Assembly (NCBI RefSeq): GCF_000022265.1 | Contig: NC_011979.1 | Location: forward strand, 3,900,001-3,932,000 | Length of the DNA: 32,000 bases | Source: Geotalea daltonii FRC-32 | Lineage (GTDB): Bacteria; Desulfobacterota; Desulfuromonadia; Geobacterales; Geobacteraceae | Direction of reading: 5' to 3' | Part shown: piece after piece, positions 1 through 9,294 of the stretch | Layout of the letters: every line of letters begins with the position of its first letter | Position numbering within the stretch: the stretch's first letter is position 1 | Notes under the pieces: model-generated | What the model was told of the DNA's origin: nothing | Database searches by the model: none | What the model saw: only the letters and a program-made list of their open reading frames with translations | Position numbers and translations under genes: made by a program

Positions 1-1413
1 CCGTTCGGTGCCCTCCAATGATTCCTTGATCAACTGCTCCGCGTCTTTCCTGATACGGTCTATCTTAAGAGTTTTCCGCTTCAGTTCCAGTTCTTCCAGG
101 TGCTCCGGAGCAACGTCGCTCAATTTTTCTTCCTGCAGGTCAATAAACTCGTTCATTCTGCTCAGATACTTGTTCAGCGTGGTGAGATTGCTTGAAACGA
201 ACCCTATGGGATTGTTGATTTCATGGGCGACTCCGGCGGCCAGTTGTCCGATGGAAGCCATTTTTTCATTTTGCAGCATATGGAGTTGAGCCGTTTTAAG
301 TTCTTCGCTCGAAGCTTTCAGCTCATGAGTCCGCTCCTCTACAATCTGTTCCAGGGACTGCTTCGAAACCCTCGTATTCGAAAGGTTGTCCAGCATTTTG
401 TTGAAGGTCTTCCCCAGGGCCTCCACCTCTTCGTCGGACGAAATCTCAACCCTCTGAGACAGGTCGTCCTTTTCCATAATCGACTGCATCGTTGCTTCCA
501 GGTCTTTTATCGGTCGCACAAACCTCCTGGTACGGAAGAAAACGACACAGGAGACAGCGGTGGCAGTAAGAAGCCCTATCAGCAGCATGTGCCAGAGCAA
601 TTTTTCTACCGGGGCCAGAATGTTGCTGGAAGGAACCGATAGAACCAGTCTCCAGCCGAAGCCCTCGAATCCTTCGATACCCTGCAAGGGAAACACGGCA
701 AAAAGTTTATCGTGCTCGGAAAAAACCCGCGCCTCTCTTTTCGGCAGCTTCCCTCCTGCCGCTTTGGCAAGAGTAGACGGATCAAGCTCCCCAAGAAGCA
801 GATGTCCGGAGGAGCCGATGATAGCGGTCTTGAACTCTTCCGTAGTTTGCATGACGGCCGAGATCAAGGAAACATCGAATTTGGCAACCAGAACACCTTC
901 GGGCAGCGACTGGTAAAAAATCGGGAACGCGAAAAGCACCTTGTGATGCTTCCCGTCATCGCTGATCTCGGCATGGGGACTGCCCCCCATCACCTTTTGC
1001 CGCCACCGTACATTCTCGAAGACATCATTGCTCGTACCAGCTCCGTTTTTAGCGATGATCCTCCCCTTATAGTCGAGAAGAAAAATATCAGCCTTGTCAC
1101 CCTCTTTGCCCGGCAGGGACAGCTTGCGCATGAAGGGAGCCAGATATGTCTCTCTCCCCAGTGTGTCGATGACGCTATTGATCATGAATGGATTGGCTGC
1201 AAGGTCCTGCGTTGCGCGCCACTTGATAGTCATATCCTCGTTTACCGCACGTGAAAAGTCGGCGGCCATCTGAGAAAGATGAACGCGAATTTCCCCTTCA
1301 AGCGCCTTCATGGCTGTCCGCGAAACGCTGAACATCATGATGCTGAGCGCCGTCAGGTCAAGAATAATAAAAAAGATAAGTATCTTGCCTTGAAGGCTCT
1401 TCAAATAGCCCAT
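1..1413 (-). CDS. Sensor histidine kinase, C-terminus cut by window edge (TM, periplasmic domain, TM, HAMP, coiled coil, HisKA)
   Basis: Absent from the ORF track because it runs off the window. My reverse-complement translation from ATG 1413..1411 stays open to position 1 (471 codons): MGYLKSLQGKILIFFIILDL..., second TM LLWHMLLIGLLTATAVSCVVFF, HAMP-like RPIKDLEATMQSIMEKDD, H-box MASIGQLAAGVAHEINNPIGF. Confidence 0.85.
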   Translation of the reverse strand, partial: MGYLKSLQGKILIFFIILDLTALSIMMFSVSRTAMKALEGEIRVHLSQMAADFSRAVNEDMTIKWRATQDLAANPFMINSVIDTLGRETYLAPFMRKLSLPGKEGDKADIFLLDYKGRIIAKNGAGTSNDVFENVRWRQKVMGGSPHAEISDDGKHHKVLFAFPIFYQSLPEGVLVAKFDVSLISAVMQTTEEFKTAIIGSSGHLLLGELDPSTLAKAAGGKLPKREARVFSEHDKLFAVFPLQGIEGFEGFGWRLVLSVPSSNILAPVEKLLWHMLLIGLLTATAVSCVVFFRTRRFVRPIKDLEATMQSIMEKDDLSQRVEISSDEEVEALGKTFNKMLDNLSNTRVSKQSLEQIVEERTHELKASSEELKTAQLHMLQNEKMASIGQLAAGVAHEINNPIGFVSSNLTTLNKYLSRMNEFIDLQEEKLSDVAPEHLEELELKRKTLKIDRIRKDAEQLIKESLEGTER

Positions 1414-1424
1414 AACCAGCCTGC

Positions 1425-2618
1425 CTATCGGCGTGGCATGATCGTCCCGTCCCGATCGTAAATCGCCAGGTGGTAATCCGAGGCGTTCAGCCCCTCATGC
1501 CGCTGAGGGGTAAACGGAGGCCGGTATGTTTTGACAAGGCCCGAATAGGAGTTGATCTTTTCCATGGCATTGCGCACTTTTGCCCGATCGATGGTTCCCG
1601 CCTTGTCAATGGCCAGCGCCAGAATATGTACCAGGTCATAAGCGTGGGCAGTACCGACGGGGGCCATAATTTCCCGCTCGCTTCCGGCCTTGAACATGGT
1701 CTTGTAGCGATTGATCACCTCTCGCGCCTTTTTCCCTCTTGCGTTCATAAATGAATAGGTCTGAAGAAACTGCAATTTAACACCTTTCAGTCCATCCCCT
1801 GCACTCCCGCGGAAATTTCCCCCTGTTATTCCCCAGTGAGAGATTATTGGAAGTCTCACCTTTTCCGGTCTCAGCGCCATGTGCCTGACGATTGCACCAC
1901 CCTCCGGAGCATTGGCCACCATGATCACCGCATCCGCCCCTGCTTTTTCGAAAGCAATCAATTGAGTCGTCATGTCCGTGTCCCCCAGATAGAACCACTG
2001 TACGGAAGCAGGCTTACGCCCCAGTTTGGAGAGGGCGACGGTGATATATTTTTCGTTGCCCCTTCCCCAATCGGTCTTTTCCAGCAAGAGCCCCAGGTTC
2101 TTGTAACCCTGCTTAACAGCCTGCCCTACCAGAAATCCGCCCACATATTCATCACGTACCGAAACCCTGAAGACATAGTTTGGAGATTTTCCATTCTCCA
2201 CCACTGCAGTGGCGGCAGCCCAAGGATCGAGCATGATCAGGCGGTTGCGATGGATCAGATCCTGGTTCTTGATGATTGCGGGGCTGTGCAGACCACCGAT
2301 CACTGCAACCAAGTTCTTTTCTTTGGAGAGGTCGTTGAGATTATCGGTGCTTCGCGTGGGCGAGCCATGATGGTCCTTCAAATTAAGTTCCAGCTTTCTA
2401 CCACCAAGCACTCCCCCCTTTTCATTTATTTCGGCAATGGCGATAAGCGCACCCCGGTGAATAGCCTCACCTGCCGAAGCAGACCCGGAAGAGAAGTCGG
2501 CGTCTATGCCTATTATTACCGGTTCTGCGGCAAGCCCATTCGATGGCATTCCATAAAAAACCACACAAGTTCCCGACATCAGGAATACAGATGTCAGCGT
2601 CTTAAACCAACCTTTCAT
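1425..2618 (-). CDS. Periplasmic solute-binding protein, type-1 PBP (LivK / Peripla_BP_6-like)
   Basis: 397-aa ORF with a signal peptide (MKGWFKTLTSVFLMSGTCVVFYG). It resembles branched-chain amino-acid/amide binding proteins over its full length (PVIIGIDADFSSGSA..., VAVIGGLHSP). SD GGGGGAG lies before ATG 2618. The stop is 11 nt upstream of the kinase start. Confidence 0.85.
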   Translation of the reverse strand: MKGWFKTLTSVFLMSGTCVVFYGMPSNGLAAEPVIIGIDADFSSGSASAGEAIHRGALIAIAEINEKGGVLGGRKLELNLKDHHGSPTRSTDNLNDLSKEKNLVAVIGGLHSPAIIKNQDLIHRNRLIMLDPWAAATAVVENGKSPNYVFRVSVRDEYVGGFLVGQAVKQGYKNLGLLLEKTDWGRGNEKYITVALSKLGRKPASVQWFYLGDTDMTTQLIAFEKAGADAVIMVANAPEGGAIVRHMALRPEKVRLPIISHWGITGGNFRGSAGDGLKGVKLQFLQTYSFMNARGKKAREVINRYKTMFKAGSEREIMAPVGTAHAYDLVHILALAIDKAGTIDRAKVRNAMEKINSYSGLVKTYRPPFTPQRHEGLNASDYHLAIYDRDGTIMPRR

Positions 2619-2894
2619 TTCTCCCCCCTGTTCGCTAATTTATGAGCCAGTGCCCGATGTACACCGGTATGTTGAGGACAAGCATTACACACTTTCTTCT
2701 TCATGTTAGTTATCGGAAGAAAGGCTGAATTTCTTTAAGAACTTATTAAATGCATTAGGACACTACGGGAAGAGATAGGATTAAGAATGAAGTGGAGGTG
2801 CAAGGAGTGAAACAGGCTGTCTAAGTAGGGAAAGAGGTGTTCTTGTGGAACTCCAGAGGGGTCTGCCCTTGACATGAGACATTCCTAAACCACC

Positions 2895-2937
2895 AAAACG
2901 CCCTTAAGTCCTTTTCATACAAGGCTTAACGGCGTTT
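2895..2937. terminator. Hairpin with flanking A-tract and T-tract, possible bidirectional terminator
   Basis: AAAACGCCCTTAAG (2895-2908) pairs with CTTAACGGCGTTTT (2924-2937) with one mismatch. It lies about 225 nt downstream of the MATE stop, so its assignment to that operon is uncertain. Confidence 0.4.
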
Positions 2938-3161
2938 TGAAAGAGATGAATTCATCTGATGTTCGGGAGGGAGCTTTGGCTGCTTGCCAACGGTGGCGTA
3001 GAGAATGCTCAAGGAGATTATCCGGCAGCACCTTCAATATTTATACTTGCCACTTTGATGGACACAACAGTTGGGGATTTTGTTGTCATGCAATGAAGAT
3101 GGGACAGGTTGGGCAAGATAAAAGGGTTGCCTTCCTGTATCACAAGAAGGCACTTTCAAAA

Positions 3162-4562
3162 TCAGGCGGCCATCTCCGTTCGGCGCAGCACCCGTATGGT
3201 CCTCCACCTCCCGCGCCGAAACCGGAACAACCAGATTACCGCTGTGGCGAACACGAACATGGTAGCCAGTGCCCATTCCGCCATCAAGCTCGGAATGATC
3301 ATGTCGACAAGCCATAGCAGGGCGAGAAATATGCTCGAAGAGACCAGGAAGGTACGGGCGAGCCAACGGGTATCGCCTGCTGAAGCCAGTACGCACCCAA
3401 TCATGACATTGGCTGCATCGAAGATGCAATAAAAGGCGACGAATTTCATGATCAGGGAACCGGTCTCCACAATTCGTATGCTTTCCGGCCCGTAACCCGC
3501 AAAGACCGACATGAGCGGCACCGGCGCTGTGGCGAACAAGGTTGCCATTGCGAGCATCCAGATCTCGCACACCACAAGCGACTGTGAGGCTATGGCCGGG
3601 ATCTCGTCATCATTCCCGGCTCCCCGGGCGTGTCCCACCAATATTCCTGCGGCCTGGCCGAGTCCGAGTGCAGGGAAGAATGCCATGCCATTGATGCGAA
3701 AGGCAATGCTGGATGCAGCCAATTGCACGGTTCCCAAGCGACCGACCACCACCAGAAACAGTGTCCACGCAGCAAGCTCACCGCTGATCCGCAGCCCCAT
3801 CGGCATGGCGAGGGACAGGAAATGGCGAAACTCCACCCAATCGAGCCGCCTTGCCACGGCGTCAGAAAAGCCGCCAGCCCTGGCAAACGTCGCTGCATAG
3901 AGGATCATAGCGACCATCTGCGCGGCCACAGTCGCGACCGCCGCTCCAGAGATTCCCATCCGGGGCAGGCCCCATTCACCAAGAACCAGCCCCCAGGCCA
4001 GTAGTGCATTCACCGTGAGAGATATGAATGCCACCCCGGTAACGACGGCAGGTCGTCCGATGCCTGAAAGCCATCCTGCCAAGGCTCCGCCCATAACCGG
4101 GAACAATGAACCGGCCATACAGATCCCAAAATATGTCATCTCGTTCCGGGCAACCCCTGGCTCGTGGCCGGCCAGCAGGAACAGTAGTGCAATCGGCCAG
4201 GCCAAGACCAGGGCTGTCCCCCCGGCCGCCAGAGCGGCATAAATGCCAAGCCATGCGGATCTGCGCCCCCCCTGGGTGTCACCACGCCCGTGACAGTGGG
4301 CAACAAAGGTGCCGGCATACCCTGCAGTACCGAACATAAATCCCTGAAAAAGGATTACCGCCAAACCTGACGGTCCCATGGCCGCGACCGCCTCGCTTGA
4401 GTAGCGTGACAAGACGATGGCATCTATGATCTGCATCAGCATGATCGCGGAACTTGACAGTATCATTGGTGCCGCTAGCTTTAGCAGGCGCGGGACGTGA
4501 TTGAACGTCACATTTTTCCATTTGGTCCATCTCATTGACGCAGTTGCCATGGCCACACTCAC
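3162..4562 (-). CDS. MATE family multidrug/toxin efflux transporter
   Basis: 466-aa polytopic membrane ORF with a MATE-like N-terminus (LLKLAAPMILSSSAIMLMQIIDAIVLSRYSSEAVAAMGPS). The GTG start at 4562 overlaps the upstream stop as GTGA. An alternative ATG is at 4550. Confidence 0.85.
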   Translation of the reverse strand: MSVAMATASMRWTKWKNVTFNHVPRLLKLAAPMILSSSAIMLMQIIDAIVLSRYSSEAVAAMGPSGLAVILFQGFMFGTAGYAGTFVAHCHGRGDTQGGRRSAWLGIYAALAAGGTALVLAWPIALLFLLAGHEPGVARNEMTYFGICMAGSLFPVMGGALAGWLSGIGRPAVVTGVAFISLTVNALLAWGLVLGEWGLPRMGISGAAVATVAAQMVAMILYAATFARAGGFSDAVARRLDWVEFRHFLSLAMPMGLRISGELAAWTLFLVVVGRLGTVQLAASSIAFRINGMAFFPALGLGQAAGILVGHARGAGNDDEIPAIASQSLVVCEIWMLAMATLFATAPVPLMSVFAGYGPESIRIVETGSLIMKFVAFYCIFDAANVMIGCVLASAGDTRWLARTFLVSSSIFLALLWLVDMIIPSLMAEWALATMFVFATAVIWLFRFRRGRWRTIRVLRRTEMAA

Positions 4563-5761
4563 TCGTATCGCAGGGCGTCGATCGGGTTGAGTCCTGCCGC
4601 CCGGTGAGCCGGAAAATAACCGAAAATGACGCCGATTCCGGCGGAAAACAGAAAAGACAGCAGGTTGATTCCGGGGTCGAACAGATAGGGAACCCCCATC
4701 AAGCGGGCCAGGCCGATGGAAGCACCGGTTGCCACTGCAATGCCGACCAGGCCGCCAAGGCTGGACAATACTACGGCCTCGATGAGGAACTGCAGCAGCA
4801 CTTCCCTTTCCAGCGCGCCAATGGCAAGGCGAATACCTATTTCTCTGGTACGCTCGGTAACGGATACCAGCATGATGTTCATGATGCCGATGCCACCAAC
4901 CAGAAGGCTTACCGCAGCAACGGCACCAAGGAGCATGGTCAGGATTTTGGTGGTGCTGGTGAGTGTTTGGGCGATCTGCCGGGTGTCCATGACGCGGAAG
5001 TCATCCTCCTCATTCTCTGCGATTTTTCTTCGCTCACGCATGAGCAGGGTGAGCTGGTTTTTCACTTCATCGATGGAAGCTCCCTGCTTTACCGAAACCG
5101 TCAACCGGCCGATATCCTGGTTGCCGGTAAGACGACGCTGAACCGTGCGGAGCGGCATCACCACGGTATCGTCCTGGTCCGAGCCCATGGCCGACTGTCC
5201 CTTTGCTTTCAGCAGGCCGATCACTTCGCAGGAGAACTGCTTTATGCGGATTTCGCTCCCCACCGGATTCTGTCGCCCGAACAGCTTCCCGCGCACCGTT
5301 TCACCGATCACGCAAACCGCCTTGCCAGCCCGTTCCTCCGCCTCGCTGAAACTGCGGCCACTGGCCAATTCCCAGTTGCCGGACTCGAAGTACTCGTTGT
5401 TGCTGCCGTTGATCACGGTGGACCAGTTGCGGGCCTGATAGACAGTGGTCACTGTTTTGCTGACCACCGGCGCAACCCTTTCGATGGCAGTAATCTGGTT
5501 GCGGATGGCATCCGCGTCAGCGCTCTTGAACTTGGGTGCCCCCTCGGAGCCAGGTCCGAAGCGCTGGCCCGGGATCACCATCAGCAGATTGCTCCCCATG
5601 CTGGAGATCTGGTCTGATACGGACTTGGTGGCACCGTTACCGAGGGTGACCATGGTGATGACAGCGGCGACGCCGATGACGATGCCGAGGATGGTAAGAA
5701 AAGAACGCATCAGGTTGCGCCGGATGGCGCGCATCGAGAGCAACAAAGTGTTCCAGAACAT
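4559..5761 (-). CDS. ABC efflux permease, MacB/FtsX type (MacB periplasmic domain + FtsX)
   Basis: 400 aa. The N-terminus [41 protein letters not shown] is typical of MacB-type permeases. It has a large periplasmic loop followed by 3 C-terminal TMs. Confidence 0.9.
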   Translation of the reverse strand: MFWNTLLLSMRAIRRNLMRSFLTILGIVIGVAAVITMVTLGNGATKSVSDQISSMGSNLLMVIPGQRFGPGSEGAPKFKSADADAIRNQITAIERVAPVVSKTVTTVYQARNWSTVINGSNNEYFESGNWELASGRSFSEAEERAGKAVCVIGETVRGKLFGRQNPVGSEIRIKQFSCEVIGLLKAKGQSAMGSDQDDTVVMPLRTVQRRLTGNQDIGRLTVSVKQGASIDEVKNQLTLLMRERRKIAENEEDDFRVMDTRQIAQTLTSTTKILTMLLGAVAAVSLLVGGIGIMNIMLVSVTERTREIGIRLAIGALEREVLLQFLIEAVVLSSLGGLVGIAVATGASIGLARLMGVPYLFDPGINLLSFLFSAGIGVIFGYFPAHRAAGLNPIDALRYE

Positions 5762-6465
5762 CAGGCAGCCTCCCCGTTGCGTCGGTCGCTCTCCACCCGT
5801 CCGTCGACAAAGTGGATGACCCGCTTGGCATACGCCGCTATGTCCGGCTCATGGGTGACCATGAGGATGGTGATGCCCTTGTCGCGGTTAAAATCAGTGA
5901 TCAGCTGCATGATCTCTTGACTGGTACGGGTGTCCAGATTGCCGGTGGGCTCGTCCGCCAGCAGTACCGCCGGGCTGGTGACAATGGCGCGGGCAATGGC
6001 AACCCGCTGCTGCTGGCCTCCGGACAGTTCTGCAGGGGTGTGATGCTCCCAACCATGCAGACCCACCTGTTCAAGAGCGGCACGGGCCGCAGCATGCCGG
6101 ACAGCGGCAGGCTCCCTTCGATAGATCAACGGCAATTCCACATTCTCCAGAGCAGTGGTGCGCGACAGCAGGTTGAATCCCTGGAAGACGAAACCCAGAT
6201 AGTGCCGCCTGAGCAGAGCGCGCTGGTTTCGCGCAAGTTTCTCCACATGCACCCCCTGGAATTGGTAGATGCCGCTGCTGGGGGTATCAAGACAACCGAG
6301 GATATTCATGGTGGTGGACTTGCCGGAACCGCTGGGGCCCATGATGGCGACGAATTCGCCGGCGTCGATATCAAGATCGATTCCCTGCAAGGCCTGAAAG
6401 GAAGCCTGACCTCGACCATAGGTCTTGGTGATGCCGGAAAGCCTGATGAGACTCGCGTCGCTCAC
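5761..6465 (-). CDS. ABC transporter ATP-binding protein (MacB/LolD-type ATPase)
   Basis: Walker [10 protein letters not shown], signature [14 protein letters not shown] and Walker B LLADEPT are present. I place the start at GTG 6465 ([17 protein letters not shown]), which forms GTGA with the adaptor stop. The 279-aa track ORF is an upstream over-extension. Confidence 0.9.
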   Translation of the reverse strand: MSDASLIRLSGITKTYGRGQASFQALQGIDLDIDAGEFVAIMGPSGSGKSTTMNILGCLDTPSSGIYQFQGVHVEKLARNQRALLRRHYLGFVFQGFNLLSRTTALENVELPLIYRREPAAVRHAAARAALEQVGLHGWEHHTPAELSGGQQQRVAIARAIVTSPAVLLADEPTGNLDTRTSQEIMQLITDFNRDKGITILMVTHEPDIAAYAKRVIHFVDGRVESDRRNGEAA

Positions 6466-7754
6466 GATGAACTCCCCAGCGCCTCGGTGATCACCTGCAT
6501 GCCTGATTTGAGCGGTCCGCTGAGGATCTCGGTCACCCGGCCGTTGGTTGCGCCGGTCTTGACATCGATAGCCGCAGGCTGGCCATTGAGCAGCACCCAC
6601 ACCTTTGGCGTGCCGGTGGAGGTCGCCAGGACCTTCGGCGCCTGGCGGGGTGGCCGCGGCATCAGGACACCCATGACACTGGAGCCGGACTTTTTCTGCC
6701 GGGTACCGGTTGTTGACGGGGTGAAGCGCAGAGCGGCGTTCGGCACCAGCAGCGCGTTGTCGTGAACCAGGGTGGTGATTTCGGCGATGCCGGTCATGCC
6801 CGGGCGCAAGGAGAGATCATCGTTAGCGACCTGGAGCACGGTCAGGTAGGAGACAACCCCCTCTTTTTTCTGGGAGCCATAGCCGACCCTGGTGATAACC
6901 GCGTCATACTTGCGCCCTGGCCAAGCATCGACACTGAAGGTCGCTTTCTGGCCGACCTTCACCTGACCCACGTCGGCCTCGTCCACATCCACCTGCAGTT
7001 CCATCTTTGACAGGTCCTCGGCCAAGGTGAACAACACCGGTGCCTGGAAAGATGCTGCCACAGTCTGCCCCGGCTCCACTTTACGGGCCAGCACGACACC
7101 GTTGATGGGTGAGCGGATACTAGCTTTGGACAGGTTTGTTTCGTCCGATTGCAAATTGGCCCGAGTCTGGGTAACGCTGGCACGGGCGCTGGCCTCGTTG
7201 GCCTCGGCCCGCTTGAGATTGGCTTCGGCGCTGTCCATCTCGGCCTTGGAGGGCACCTTGCCGCCGGAAAGTTGTGCTACCTGCCGAAAACGTGCCAGTG
7301 CAGCCCGTGCTTCAGCTGTCGTCGCCTGCGCCTGCAGCACCTGCGCCTCGGCAGCGGCAAGGCTGGCGCGCGACTTCGCCACAGCATCCTGCAGCTTGGC
7401 CGGGTCAAGGCGTGCCAGAACCTGTCCCCTTTTGACCTGGCCATTGTCGTCGACAAATACCCGATCTATGATGCCTGATAATTCGCTCCCCACGTCAACC
7501 TGGTTGGTCGGCTGCAGATTGCCGGTGGCGGAAACCTTTACCACCAGCGTGCCAACATCGACCGGTTCGGTCTGGTAACGGGGCGCGGTTGACTTATCGC
7601 CTGGGCGAAGGAAGAAAATGGCCACGGCCGCAACGACGATCAACGCACCGGCCAGCCACAGCCAGCCTCGGGAGAATCGCCCTGCGGACCTGTGGGCAAG
7701 AAGATGTTTCAGGGGTTCTTCCTGGTTTGTTTGCGTGGTTTTGGTATCTTTCAT
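6462..7754 (-). CDS. macA: Efflux periplasmic adaptor, HlyD/MacA family
   Basis: It has an N-terminal TM, a long alanine-rich coiled-coil hairpin (AKSRASLAAAEAQVLQAQATTAEARAALA...) and beta-barrel regions. The ATG at 7754 (MKDTKTTQ) overlaps the OMF stop as ATGA. Confidence 0.85.
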   Translation of the reverse strand: MKDTKTTQTNQEEPLKHLLAHRSAGRFSRGWLWLAGALIVVAAVAIFFLRPGDKSTAPRYQTEPVDVGTLVVKVSATGNLQPTNQVDVGSELSGIIDRVFVDDNGQVKRGQVLARLDPAKLQDAVAKSRASLAAAEAQVLQAQATTAEARAALARFRQVAQLSGGKVPSKAEMDSAEANLKRAEANEASARASVTQTRANLQSDETNLSKASIRSPINGVVLARKVEPGQTVAASFQAPVLFTLAEDLSKMELQVDVDEADVGQVKVGQKATFSVDAWPGRKYDAVITRVGYGSQKKEGVVSYLTVLQVANDDLSLRPGMTGIAEITTLVHDNALLVPNAALRFTPSTTGTRQKKSGSSVMGVLMPRPPRQAPKVLATSTGTPKVWVLLNGQPAAIDVKTGATNGRVTEILSGPLKSGMQVITEALGSSS

Positions 7755-9208
7755 GACTTTACCTTCTCTGTGGCGCCTGGTTGGTTCTGCGGCGACCATC
7801 CGCCGCCCAGTGCCTTGTATAAGCGAATCAGGGCCGCTACCTGATTGGCGCGGGTGCTGGCAAGACTGTCTTCGACTGAGAGTACGGTGCGTTCGGTGTC
7901 GAGAACGGACTGGAAATCGATCAACCCGGCACTGTAACGCTGCCGCGCCGACCGGGCAGCATTGCGCGCCGATTCGGCGGCATTTGTCAGCGCTTCGCTG
8001 CTTTCACGGTTACGGGAGAATGCTACCAGGGCGTTTTCCACCTCCTGCAAGGCGGTCAGTACCGATTGTTCATAGGCAACCAATGCCTGCTCACGCACCG
8101 CATCTTGTATCACCACCTGATTGCGTAGTTTGCCGGCATTGAAGATGGGCGCGGTGATGCCCGCAAGTAATGATGAAGTGGCGGCCCCGCTGCTGCCGAG
8201 TGCTCCGACGGTCAGCGCTTCAAAGCCGATGGAACCAGAGATGCTGAAGGAAGGATATCGCGCAGCTTCGGCTGCCCCTATCCGGGCCGTTTCTGCTGCT
8301 AATTTCCGCTCGGCGGCCCGAACATCAGGGCGCTGGCGAAGGGTCTCGGCTGGGATGCCTACGGCAATCTGCATAGGTACAGACGGCAGTTCACCGGCGA
8401 CTGCAAGTCGCCCTTGGAGGGTTCCCGGCGTTTTGCCCAGCAAAACTTCCAGGCGGTGCTCTGCTTCCGCCAGACTGATTTCCAGACCTGGAATGCGGGC
8501 CCGGGTCTGCTCCCGGTTGCTGCGCGCCTGGTCAACGTCCTGGCTGCTCACCAGGCCCGCTTGGGCACGCCAGTCGGTGAGCTGCAGCGTCTCCGTCTGG
8601 CTGACCAGGTTGTCCCGGGCAATGCCAAGCCTGAGCTGCAGGGTTCGAACCTCCACGTAGTTCTGTGCCGTTTCCGCCACCAGAGAAACCCTGGTATTCT
8701 CAAGGCTTGCCACCGAGGATTCCACATCAGCCCTGGTCGCCTCAATGCCACGGCGTACACCACCGAAGAGATCCAGCTCCCACTGCGCATCGAAGTCTGC
8801 TCTGAACAGGTTCTGCGTGCTACCGCCTCCCAGTTCCTCGCTTGACCGATTGCGTCTGGCGCTGCCCGAGGCGGTCACGGCGGGATATAGCCCGGCAGAG
8901 GCCACTGCGCCCCGAGCGCGGGCTTCCCGCAATCGGGCTTTTGCGCTGCGCAGATCGGGGCTCGCCTGCAGGGCATCATCAATCAGCCCGGACAGCAGCG
9001 GATCATTCAGCGCCAGCCACCAGCGGCTCAAGTCACCAGTCGCAGCGGCTTTTGTTTCTGAATTGGCTTGGTCCAGCCGATTCCAGTTTGCCGGCACATC
9101 AAGTTCCGGCTTTACGTAATCCGGGCCGACTGTGACGCAACCAGCGAGGGCAAGTGTTGCAATTATGATTAACCACCGGACGAGATGCACCACGTATGTC
9201 ACCACCAT
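7751..9208 (-). CDS. Outer-membrane efflux lipoprotein, NodT/OprM (TolC-like) family
   Basis: Lipobox LALAGC lies after the hydrophobic stretch MVVTYVVHLVRWLIIIATLA, followed by two OEP-type repeats. I chose the start at 9208 because ATG 9265 lies inside the conserved regulatory box. ATG 9235 is also possible. Confidence 0.85.
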   Translation of the reverse strand: MVVTYVVHLVRWLIIIATLALAGCVTVGPDYVKPELDVPANWNRLDQANSETKAAATGDLSRWWLALNDPLLSGLIDDALQASPDLRSAKARLREARARGAVASAGLYPAVTASGSARRNRSSEELGGGSTQNLFRADFDAQWELDLFGGVRRGIEATRADVESSVASLENTRVSLVAETAQNYVEVRTLQLRLGIARDNLVSQTETLQLTDWRAQAGLVSSQDVDQARSNREQTRARIPGLEISLAEAEHRLEVLLGKTPGTLQGRLAVAGELPSVPMQIAVGIPAETLRQRPDVRAAERKLAAETARIGAAEAARYPSFSISGSIGFEALTVGALGSSGAATSSLLAGITAPIFNAGKLRNQVVIQDAVREQALVAYEQSVLTALQEVENALVAFSRNRESSEALTNAAESARNAARSARQRYSAGLIDFQSVLDTERTVLSVEDSLASTRANQVAALIRLYKALGGGWSPQNQPGATEKVKS

Positions 9209-9250
9209 TTTCCTTGTTTTAGCTTTGTCACGCATATGCTCGACAACTAT

Positions 9251-9294
9251 CAGCAGAATGTGCATGAATTGTGGAGGAAATCAGCATTTTGCAC
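9251..9294 (-). promoter_or_regulatory. Candidate BaeR-type operator upstream of the efflux operon (copy 2 of a shared box)
   Basis: Read in the direction of the gene: GTGCAAAATGCTGATTTCCTCCACAATTCATGCACATTCTGCTG. Its last 32 nt match the box upstream of the spy-like gene at 27/32 positions (manual alignment). Hexamers GATTTC / CAATTC / CATTCT start 11 nt apart. It begins right after the baeR-like stop. Confidence 0.5.

Noticed and set aside
2633-2650. Sigma54-like element (minus strand CTGGCTCATAAATTAGC) upstream of the binding-protein gene.
   Set aside because: The GG-to-GC spacing is one nucleotide longer than the TGGCAC-N5-TTGC consensus, the -12 element is TTAGC rather than TTGC, and no enhancer-binding protein gene is nearby.
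2870-2937. TTGACA at 2870-2875 followed by the 2895-2937 hairpin, considered as a tiny plus-strand sRNA unit.
   Set aside because: No acceptable -10 hexamer lies at 16-18 nt spacing, and the resulting transcript would be little more than the hairpin itself.
4535-6765. Long plus-strand ORFs (4535..5617 at 360 aa, 5812..6765 at 317 aa). The same kind of ORF occurs at 1836..2645, 16957..17778 and 18433..19332.
   Set aside because: They lie antisense to genes with clear family signatures (Walker motifs, FtsX, PBP, HD, FAD). Their translations are low-complexity and Arg/Gly/Pro/His-rich with no recognisable domain. Stop-poor antisense frames are expected in GC-rich coding DNA.
9209-9265. N-terminal extensions of track ORFs. 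Examples are OMF from 9265, baeS-like from 11453, ATPase from 6600, adaptor from 7799, kinase from 21105, TPR from 24670 and PfkB from 25739.
   Set aside because: The extended parts overlap upstream genes, promoters, the conserved box or the hairpin repeat, and lack an SD. Internal starts give canonical N-termini, signal peptides or 4-nt overlaps with the upstream stop.
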